This document shows positions 56,836-64,000 of a DNA stretch of 64,000 bases, piece after piece (the first letter of the stretch is position 1; each line of letters starts with the position of its first letter). Both the position numbers and the translations under genes were made by a program. Origin of the DNA: an uncultured Chloroflexia bacterium (GTDB taxonomy: Bacteria; Chloroflexota; Limnocylindria; Limnocylindrales; CSP1-4); contig CAVVJT010000007.1 of the NCBI GenBank assembly GCA_963748625.1, positions 256,001 to 320,000 of the forward strand, given 5' to 3'. The notes under the pieces were generated by a model that did no database searches, was not told the DNA's origin, and saw only the letters and a program-made list of their open reading frames with translations.

Positions 56836-57884
56836 GCGATGCCCACCCCAGCTTCGGGACCTTCGTGAGGGCGCGCGTGGACGCCCTGGCAGCCTGTGGC
56901 GCAAGCGTGACCGTTGTCGCCAACACGGACCCGGCCGTTCATCGCCGGCTTGCCCGGAAGTATGCCAGCCTCGCCGGGCGCGCCGTCCTCACCGGCCTCC
57001 GCCTCGCGCGCGCCAGAGCTCGGCCGGACGTGGTGGAGGCGCACATCGCCTTCCCCACGGGCCTGGTCGCCCTCCCCGTGGCCTGGCTCCTCCACCGGCC
57101 GCTGGTGCTCTTCGCGCATGGAGCCGACGTCACCGTTGTCCTCGACCGGTCGCGTGCCTCCCGCATCGTCGGCTCGTGGCTGCTGCGCCGGGCCAGCCTT
57201 ATCGTGGCCAACAGCGACTTCCTTGCTGGCGTGATCACCGCGGCGCTGCCCGATGTCGCCCCCCGCACGGTCGTGGTGAGCCCGGGCCTGGAGGTCGAGC
57301 GGTTCTCGCGACGCGGGCCGGACGAGCCGCCCTCCGGGGCCCGTGAAGGGATTCTGTTCGTTGGCCGGCTGGTGCCGCAGAAGGGGGTCCACATCCTGGT
57401 TGAGGCACTCGCCGGCATGCCTGCTGGCGCGCCTGTCCGTCTCACGATCATCGGTGTCGGGCCCGAGATGGAGGTCCTCCAATCCTTTGCGCGCCGTCAC
57501 GGCGTCGCAGCCACGTTCGCGGGCGAGCAGGACAGGGACGAAGTGGCACGAGCGATGCGCTCTGCTGCCATGGTCATCGTGCCGTCGACGTACGAGGAGC
57601 CACTGGGCCTGGTGGCATTGGAGGCGATGGCGGCCGGCGCCCTGGTGGTTGTCACCGCCACGGGTGGACTGGGATCGCTCGTGGACGACGGAATCACGGG
57701 AATCGTGGTTGCGCCAGGCGATCCAGCAGCCCTGCGGGACGGCGTCGAGCGAGCACTCGCTATCCTTGCCGCTCCAGCACGCCGAGCCGATGTCGGAGCG
57801 GCTGCCCTGGCCTCAGTCCAGCGCCACGATGTCCGCCAGTCAGCGCGGGCAACGCTGGAGATCTTTGGGGGGCTTAGTCGATGA
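56793..57884 (+). CDS. Glycosyltransferase family 4
   Basis: ILVISNLYP, HGADV, FVGRLVPQKG, EEPLGLVALEAMA. Confidence 0.92.
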   Translation: MRRPRILVISNLYPSDAHPSFGTFVRARVDALAACGASVTVVANTDPAVHRRLARKYASLAGRAVLTGLRLARARARPDVVEAHIAFPTGLVALPVAWLLHRPLVLFAHGADVTVVLDRSRASRIVGSWLLRRASLIVANSDFLAGVITAALPDVAPRTVVVSPGLEVERFSRRGPDEPPSGAREGILFVGRLVPQKGVHILVEALAGMPAGAPVRLTIIGVGPEMEVLQSFARRHGVAATFAGEQDRDEVARAMRSAAMVIVPSTYEEPLGLVALEAMAAGALVVVTATGGLGSLVDDGITGIVVAPGDPAALRDGVERALAILAAPARRADVGAAALASVQRHDVRQSARATLEIFGGLSR

Positions 57885-59242
57885 CGCCCGAGATCCCGGT
57901 CCCGGTCCTGCTGCTCCTCAGTGCATGCATCGGCCTTGCGGCAGTCGCCTGCGCCGCACTCGTGGTGCGCTGGACGCGGTGGGGGCCGGCCGGCGGGATC
58001 GCGCTGCTCGCCGCAACGCCGCTGGTCCCGCACGTCCAGGTCGCACTCGGGTTCAGCCTCGACGACATCCTCCCGTTGCTCGGGCTGGGTGCCCTGCTGC
58101 TCAGCGTGCGCCTTCGGAACCTCCGCCGCCTCAGCGTGCATCCGGTCCTGACGATCGGGCTGATCCTCATGATCGGGGCCGCGCTGCTCTCCGCGGTTGT
58201 CAACAGGTGGGACGCGGCATCGCTGTTCACCATGGCCGCCCGGTCCGCGGGCCGGTTCGCCTTCCTCGCGGCGATCGCGGTGACCGTCGCCGTCGCCGTC
58301 CCGGCCCCGACCCGGCGGAAGGCCGTCGCGATCGGGATCGCGCTCACGGGGGCGGCGGAAGCGGCCTTCGGCCTGTTCGCATTCGCGGTCCCGTCCATCG
58401 GCCTCGGACTCGAGCCGACCAAGAGCTACTCGGTCCTCCATTTCGAGGTCCCCGGGCGACTCGCCGGAACGCTCGGCATCTCCCCGAACTTCCTCGGCGC
58501 GATCTTCATCCTGTCGGTCCTCCTGTCGGCGGGTCTCGCTCTCGATGCGAAGTCGCGCAAGGTGGCAGTCACCTGGTGGGTGCTGACGGCCATGCAGACG
58601 CTTGCCCTGGTCCTGACGTTCACCCGCGCGTCACTCGGCATCACGCTCGTCGCCCTGGTGGCCCTCGTGCTCTCGCGCGGGAGGATCCGGTACCTCGTCC
58701 CGGTCGCGCTTGCCGTGGTCGTGGGCTTCACGATGACGCCGGCGCTGCAGCGCTTCACGGCAGACATGCCTGACCGCCTCGCGCTCTGGTCATCGGCGGC
58801 CCTGATGATGGTCGATCACCCGATCGCGGGCGTGGGACCCGGCCAGTCGGTCGTCGTGGAGCGTGCCAACCCGGATCGCTACATGACCACGGCGTTCGGC
58901 TCGGCCACGAACAACGCGCACAACACGATCCTGCTTGCCGGTGCCGAGACCGGTGTCGCAGGGGCGATTGGATCGCTGATGGTCAACCTGTCACTCGCAC
59001 TTGGTGCTGTGCTCGTCGTGCTTCGCGCTCGCCGGCTGGGTCGCTCCGCGGTCGAGTCGGCTGCAGGGATTGCCGTGCTCGGCTACCTCATCCAGGGCCA
59101 GGTGAACAACCTGTTCACGGTTGCCGCCTCCGGCACGCTGTTCGCCCTGCTGGCCGGAGCGTTCGTGCTGCCCTCGATCCGCCGTCGGCAACGCGCCCCG
59201 GTCAGCGCCAGCGAGCGCCCAGCGGACCCTCTGCCGAGTTGA
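57881..59242 (+). CDS. O-antigen ligase/Wzy-type polymerase family protein
   Basis: RLAGTLG..PN, TFTRA, R..LW, HPIAGVG, AHNT..AETG. Confidence 0.88.
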   Translation: MTPEIPVPVLLLLSACIGLAAVACAALVVRWTRWGPAGGIALLAATPLVPHVQVALGFSLDDILPLLGLGALLLSVRLRNLRRLSVHPVLTIGLILMIGAALLSAVVNRWDAASLFTMAARSAGRFAFLAAIAVTVAVAVPAPTRRKAVAIGIALTGAAEAAFGLFAFAVPSIGLGLEPTKSYSVLHFEVPGRLAGTLGISPNFLGAIFILSVLLSAGLALDAKSRKVAVTWWVLTAMQTLALVLTFTRASLGITLVALVALVLSRGRIRYLVPVALAVVVGFTMTPALQRFTADMPDRLALWSSAALMMVDHPIAGVGPGQSVVVERANPDRYMTTAFGSATNNAHNTILLAGAETGVAGAIGSLMVNLSLALGAVLVVLRARRLGRSAVESAAGIAVLGYLIQGQVNNLFTVAASGTLFALLAGAFVLPSIRRRQRAPVSASERPADPLPS

Positions 59243-60977
59243 GCCGGTACCCCTCTGATCCCGGCCCCAGGTAGAGGAAGTCAGGGCTGGATGCGTCCGT
59301 CGACAGGAAGCCCGGGCTGCGCCGCACGACCCCTCCGCCGAACCTGACCCGGCTCGTGCTGTTGCGCAACCCCAGGGAGCCCGACAGCGACGAGTACGAG
59401 ACGTTGACCCGGGCGCCGCTCTTCGCGTAGAACACGTACCCCGTGCCGCCACGGATGATGGAGTCGCGCACGGTGACGGAGCCCGCCTTGATGTAGAACG
59501 CGCTATGGCCCAAGGTGCGCGTGGTGCCTGTCCGATAGATCGTCTCGTTGTCGAACAGCTTGCCGCGGGTCGTCGACTCCGTGGTGACGGCATGCGTGTT
59601 GTCCGTGTAGGTGTTGCGATAGAAGCGAACCGATCCTGTGGAGTCCTCGGCGGCGTACTTGCCATCCCAGATCAGGACCGCCGTGTCATTCCGGTGGAAC
59701 CGGTTGAACGTGATCTCGTTGCCCTCGAGCGGGCTGCCAGCAGCATTCACCTGGTAGAGCATCAGGCCGCGCCGCATCTCCCGGACCGTGTTGCGCGTGA
59801 TGACGTTGTGGCTGGCCCCCTGCTCGATGTCGATGCCCTGGACCTGGCCCCCGTACTGCCCAGCACTTGTCGGCACGTTGCGCCCGCCCTCGAAGACGGA
59901 GTTGCGAACGGTGTTGTACCGGCACTTCGAACCCGTGAGCTTGATCCCCTGCCCGAGGTTCTCGGACGCATACGCGCCGTCCACAAGGTTGTGCTGGGCG
60001 CCGTTGTCGAGCTTCACCAGCTGGATGGTGTTGCGGGTGCCGCTGACGCGAAGGAAGGTGTGGTAGGTGCTCGCCGTGAAGAACCCCATCGGGTTGTTGT
60101 AGCTGGCGTCGATGTCCTGCGCCGTCCCGTGGGTGCTTGATCCCGTGAACCCCACGCCCATGGTCGTGTGCCGGATGCGGAACCCCCGGATGGCGACGTA
60201 GGCCGAGCCGCTGGCCACGAGGAGGCCCTTGTAGTGCGGGATCTCGACGAGGTGGTCGTTGGGATCCAGGCTCGTGGACGCGCCTGCCGGAGCGCCCCAG
60301 CCGCCAAGCCGCACGTAGAGCGTCTTGCCGTTCCAGTACTGGGATCCGGGCGCCGCCTGGAGTTCCGCCAGCGTGGGGACGTCCTTCGGCCTGCGGAGCG
60401 GTTGGGCCGTGTCCACGAAGACGCGCTCCTGGAGCAGGCCCCGGACGCTCGACTCGTATCCGCTGATCGAACTGGTCCACGGGGTCGCCCACACGTCCGG
60501 GTAGCGGGCGCGGTCGGGCTGCGTCCACCGCTGCTCGCCCGGGCGGCTCACGACCTTCGCGCCGGAGATGATGGGGCGCACGTAGTCTCCGGTCCCGTAC
60601 CCCGCGGCCTCGATCACGATGGGCGTCGAGGCGGTCCCGTTGATGAACCACTGCGATTCCGTCAGGGTCTCGTGGTAGACGTAGTCGTCGTAGCCCTTCA
60701 CCTCGAGGCGGCCGCCGTAGCGGATCTCCCAGAGACCTCGCTTGACGGTGGCGAAGGCGGTCTGCGGGCTGTGACCGTCGTGGCCATCGTCCGAGCCGGT
60801 CTTGCCGTCCACGTAGATGGTGGGCCGGGTGGCGCCAAGCGCCGTCTGGGGAAATGTCGCGCCGGATCCGAAGACGACGACCAGGGCGACCAGCAGCCCG
60901 AGCAGGTTGACCAGTTGACGAGCGCGCGACCGGTGCATGGCGCGACGGTAGCGCCCCGGGGCCGTTCCGGCGCTCAA
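59202..60977 (-). CDS. Secreted right-handed parallel beta-helix protein
   Basis: Signal peptide, IYVD..GSDD..G.S...AFAT (DUF1565-like start), repeated Asn/Gly beta-helix coils; start may be 60938. Confidence 0.8.
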   Translation of the reverse strand: MSAGTAPGRYRRAMHRSRARQLVNLLGLLVALVVVFGSGATFPQTALGATRPTIYVDGKTGSDDGHDGHSPQTAFATVKRGLWEIRYGGRLEVKGYDDYVYHETLTESQWFINGTASTPIVIEAAGYGTGDYVRPIISGAKVVSRPGEQRWTQPDRARYPDVWATPWTSSISGYESSVRGLLQERVFVDTAQPLRRPKDVPTLAELQAAPGSQYWNGKTLYVRLGGWGAPAGASTSLDPNDHLVEIPHYKGLLVASGSAYVAIRGFRIRHTTMGVGFTGSSTHGTAQDIDASYNNPMGFFTASTYHTFLRVSGTRNTIQLVKLDNGAQHNLVDGAYASENLGQGIKLTGSKCRYNTVRNSVFEGGRNVPTSAGQYGGQVQGIDIEQGASHNVITRNTVREMRRGLMLYQVNAAGSPLEGNEITFNRFHRNDTAVLIWDGKYAAEDSTGSVRFYRNTYTDNTHAVTTESTTRGKLFDNETIYRTGTTRTLGHSAFYIKAGSVTVRDSIIRGGTGYVFYAKSGARVNVSYSSLSGSLGLRNSTSRVRFGGGVVRRSPGFLSTDASSPDFLYLGPGSEGYRLNSAEGPLGARWR

Positions 60978-61017
60978 CCGAACGTCACGCGCAGGCTAGT
61001 ACTCGTGTCCCCGCCCA

Positions 61018-62322
61018 CTACGCGGCGGATCCGTCGTCACCTTGTCGCAGCGCGCGGCCAACGCCCCGGTAGCTCAAACCTGCCTTCGTGATCGTCGCAG
61101 GGTCGAGCAGGTTCCGGCCGTCGTAGAGGCTGCTGCCCGTCATCCGCCGACGGAGGGCCCGCCAGTCAAGGTCCCGGTAGACGGGCCACTCCGTGCCGAT
61201 GACCAGCGCCGCGGCGCCATCGGCCACGTCCTCGGGCGTGGCGACGGTCCGCAGGCCGGGAAGGGCGGCTTCGGCGACGCCGGGGCTGACCACGGGATCG
61301 TGGCCGACAACGCGCAGGCCGGCGTCAAGCAGCTCCCGTGCCACGGCGAGGGCAGGCGAGCCGCGCAGGTCGTCGGTGCCCGCCTTGAAGCTCAGGCCGA
61401 GCAGGCCGACGGTGTGCTCCCCGGGCCCGAGGTCGCGGACGATGCGGCCCGCGAACCGCGACTGCTGGTCGGCGTTCACCAGGCTGATCGCACGGGCGAC
61501 GTGCATCGGCAGCCCGCGCCGGCGGCCGGCGTTGGCCACCACCTCCAGCTCTTTCGGGAGGCAGGACCCGCCGAACCCGAGGCCCGGCCGCATGTACGTC
61601 GTGCCAATCCTGGGATCGAGTCCGATGCCTTCCAGGATCTCGTCGACCTCCACGCCGTACTCCTCGGCGAGGCTTGCGACCTCGTTGACGAAGCTCAGCT
61701 TGAGCGCGAGGAATGCGTTGGCAACGTTCTTGACGAGTTCGGCGGCTTCAACGCTCACGAGGAGCCGCGGAGCATGAACATCCGCGTACAGCGCCTCGAG
61801 CAGCTCGAGGTGGGCCGCCTCGGTCTCCGGGAAGCGACCGATGACGATGCGGCTTGGCTCCTGCACGTCCTTGAGCGCCTCGCCCTGCCGCAGGAACTCC
61901 GGGTTCGTGGAGAGCCGACGACCATCCGGGCGCCCCATGAGCCCGGGCAGCCGCCGCGAGATTCCGGGTGGCAGGGTGCTGCGCACGCTGACGTCGGCAT
62001 CGGGATATGCCCGCAGCGCATCGATCGCGGCATCGAGCTGGCTGAGGTCGGAGCGTCCACCCTCGCCGATGGGTGTCCCGACCGCGACCAGCGTCATGTC
62101 GCCCGGACCGGCGCCTTCAAGCGTTGACATCACGTCGACGCGCTCCCGGACAGCGGCGAATGCCTCCCGCAACCCTGGTTCCTCGATGGGCATGGCACCA
62201 CTGAGCAGCGACTGCCGGCGATCATCGCGGCGCTCGACGAACGTCACGTGGTGGCCCGCTGTCGCCAGCCCGATACCCGTCACGAGGCCGACGTAGCCCG
62301 CGCCGATGATCGTGACGCGCAC
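61018..62322 (-). CDS. ugd: UDP-glucose/GDP-mannose 6-dehydrogenase
   Basis: GAGYVG, AVGTP, NPEFLRQG, GFGGSCLPK, LGLSFKAGTDDLRGSP, DGRN. Confidence 0.93.
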   Translation of the reverse strand: MRVTIIGAGYVGLVTGIGLATAGHHVTFVERRDDRRQSLLSGAMPIEEPGLREAFAAVRERVDVMSTLEGAGPGDMTLVAVGTPIGEGGRSDLSQLDAAIDALRAYPDADVSVRSTLPPGISRRLPGLMGRPDGRRLSTNPEFLRQGEALKDVQEPSRIVIGRFPETEAAHLELLEALYADVHAPRLLVSVEAAELVKNVANAFLALKLSFVNEVASLAEEYGVEVDEILEGIGLDPRIGTTYMRPGLGFGGSCLPKELEVVANAGRRRGLPMHVARAISLVNADQQSRFAGRIVRDLGPGEHTVGLLGLSFKAGTDDLRGSPALAVARELLDAGLRVVGHDPVVSPGVAEAALPGLRTVATPEDVADGAAALVIGTEWPVYRDLDWRALRRRMTGSSLYDGRNLLDPATITKAGLSYRGVGRALRQGDDGSAA

Positions 62323-62331
62323 AGGCCCTCC

Positions 62332-63720
62332 CTACCGGCCGGCCAGCATGGCCGGGACGGTCCTGACCATGATCTTGAAGTCCAGCCACAGCGACCACCG
62401 GTCGATGTAGCGGAGGTCAAGCTCCACCCACCTGTCGAACTCCGTCTCCAGGCGCGCGCTGACCTGCCACAGCCCCGTGATGCCCGGCTTCATGGACAGC
62501 CGGCGGCGGTGCCAGAGGTCGTAGTCGTCAACCTCGCCGGGGATCGGCGGCCGCGGGCCGACGATGCTCATCTCCCCGCGCACGACGTTCCAGAACTGCG
62601 GGAACTCGTCGAAGCTCGTCCGCCGGAGGAGCCGTCCAACTCGCGTGATCCGGGGATCGTCATCGATCTTGAAGGCGGGCCCGTCGATCTCGTTGAGGGA
62701 CGCGACCTCGGCAAGGCGGGCTTCGGCATCGGGCACCATCGTCCGGAACTTGATGATCCGGAACCCGCGCCCATTCAGCCCCACGCGGGTCTGGCGGAAG
62801 AACACCGGGCCTCCATCCTCGAGCCGGATGGCTGTTGCGATCACGAGGAGCACCGGTGCCAGCACCAGCAGGACGCCAAGTCCCATGACGATGTCCACCA
62901 GGCGCTTCGTCCCCAGGGCGAGGAGGCGGTCCGGGCCATTGGTGATCGTGAGGACCTCCTCGCGGTCGACCATCTCGACGCGGCCCCCGGCGACGGGGGC
63001 GAGACCCGGGACCAGGACCAGCCGGAGCCGCTTGCCCTCCTGCTGGGCCAGTGCGACCACCGGTTCCAGGTACACGAGCTCATCCGGCTCGAAGACAGCA
63101 AGGATCTCGTCCACCGCGTCCCCGTGGACGATCCGTTCGATGTCCTCGATCGGACCGATCACCGAGGGGCAGCTCCGGGACGGCCGGCCGAGGTGGCCGA
63201 CGACCCGGTACGCGAGCGCCGGGTGCTGCTCGAGTTGGGTGGCCAGGCGTCTGGCCCGGGCGCTCGTCCCGAGCACCAGGATTCGCCGGGTGCCGATGCT
63301 CAGGGTCCGGGTCACGACGAGGCCGGTCCGGAACAGGCGTCGCTGGACGATGGAGAAGGCCACCTGGGCGACGAACAGGCTGACCAGGAACAGGCGGCTG
63401 ACGTCGGGGGCGTGGATGAGGAACAGGAGCGAGAACACGCCGACCAACATGAGCACGGCGGCCTGGGCGATGTCCAGCGCCTCCCGCCGGAACGTCCACC
63501 GCGCCCGGAGCTGGTCGAGCTCGTGGAGCCACTCGGCGCCCATCCACAGCAGGCCGTACCCGAGCGCCCAGGCCCACCATGGGCCGCCGGCATGGTCCCA
63601 GGCCTGTTGCCAGGACGGACCCAGGCGGACCTGCGAGACCACGACGAACAGGATGGCCGCCGCAACGCCATCCGCGAGCAGCAGCAGCGCGCGCAGGAGG
63701 TTGAGGTGGTGGCGGATCAC
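62332..63720 (-). CDS. Polyprenyl-phosphate glycosylphosphotransferase (WcaJ/WbaP-like priming sugar transferase)
   Basis: KRLVD, KFRTM, DDPRIT, SFDEFPQ..NV..GEMS.VGPRP, KPGITGLWQV. Confidence 0.95.
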   Translation of the reverse strand: MIRHHLNLLRALLLLADGVAAAILFVVVSQVRLGPSWQQAWDHAGGPWWAWALGYGLLWMGAEWLHELDQLRARWTFRREALDIAQAAVLMLVGVFSLLFLIHAPDVSRLFLVSLFVAQVAFSIVQRRLFRTGLVVTRTLSIGTRRILVLGTSARARRLATQLEQHPALAYRVVGHLGRPSRSCPSVIGPIEDIERIVHGDAVDEILAVFEPDELVYLEPVVALAQQEGKRLRLVLVPGLAPVAGGRVEMVDREEVLTITNGPDRLLALGTKRLVDIVMGLGVLLVLAPVLLVIATAIRLEDGGPVFFRQTRVGLNGRGFRIIKFRTMVPDAEARLAEVASLNEIDGPAFKIDDDPRITRVGRLLRRTSFDEFPQFWNVVRGEMSIVGPRPPIPGEVDDYDLWHRRRLSMKPGITGLWQVSARLETEFDRWVELDLRYIDRWSLWLDFKIMVRTVPAMLAGR

Positions 63721-64000
63721 GGGCTCTCGGTGGCGTACCGACTGTCCTCGCCGAAGATCTTCCGCGAGAGCTTGGCCACCTTCTCCATGTCAAGGCGCAG
63801 GGTGTACACGCCGCCCGTCGACGACGTCGGCGGGTGGTAGGCGTACGGAGGACCAAGGACGATGCGCTCCATCGCGTCGGGATCGACGTTGCGGGCGATC
63901 TCGATGAACTCGTCCATGCGCTCGGTCGGCAGGTTGGTGCGGACGGTGTCGCCCGCCGCCTGGATGACACCCGGCAGCTGGGGGATCATGGCCGGTGATG
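63717..64000 (-). CDS. Probable LCP (LytR-CpsA-Psr) family protein, C-terminal part (truncated by window)
   Basis: AAGDTVRTNL...IF-type C-terminus; overlaps the start of the sugar transferase. Confidence 0.55.
   Translation of the reverse strand, partial: SPAMIPQLPGVIQAAGDTVRTNLPTERMDEFIEIARNVDPDAMERIVLGPPYAYHPPTSSTGGVYTLRLDMEKVAKLSRKIFGEDSRYATESP

Overview
A 64-kb window of very GC-rich bacterial chromosome. Gene style is consistent with Chloroflexota (possibly Limnocylindria-like), but this is an inference. 1-20.9 kb is a LacI-controlled catabolic island for an unknown sugar or sugar acid: ABC importer, Zn-dependent dehydrogenase, two SDRs, three enolase-superfamily dehydratases, a fucose/arabinose-isomerase-like protein, TPP-dependent E1 alpha/beta without E2/E3, a CoA-transferase, an MtaA/CmuA-like Zn methyltransferase, two class II aldolase folds and an FGGY kinase. 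21-39 kb is mostly housekeeping: thyX, PNP, moaA, an acidic scaffold plus receiver-MinD/ParA ATPase, acs, lepB, MscS, IclR with an aminotransferase and FAD oxidase, a LipL-like enzyme and DUF885. 39-46.5 kb is a co-oriented block of a degenerate DNA-methyltransferase/nuclease fusion, a TPR+HIRAN-like protein, a repeat-rich and structured intergenic region, a membrane protein and PolX/PHP. A CTAG-flanked MITE-like element, two diguanylate cyclases and a surface-polysaccharide cluster follow. The best candidates for novelty are a ~285-nt highly structured minus-strand ncRNA with its own sigma70 promoter and upstream DnaA-box-like sites (23594-23878), the 39-46.5 kb putative DNA-processing block, and the acidic scaffold/MinD-like pair. 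Four apparent single-base frameshifts are probably sequencing errors. No CRISPR array, rRNA or tRNA was seen.
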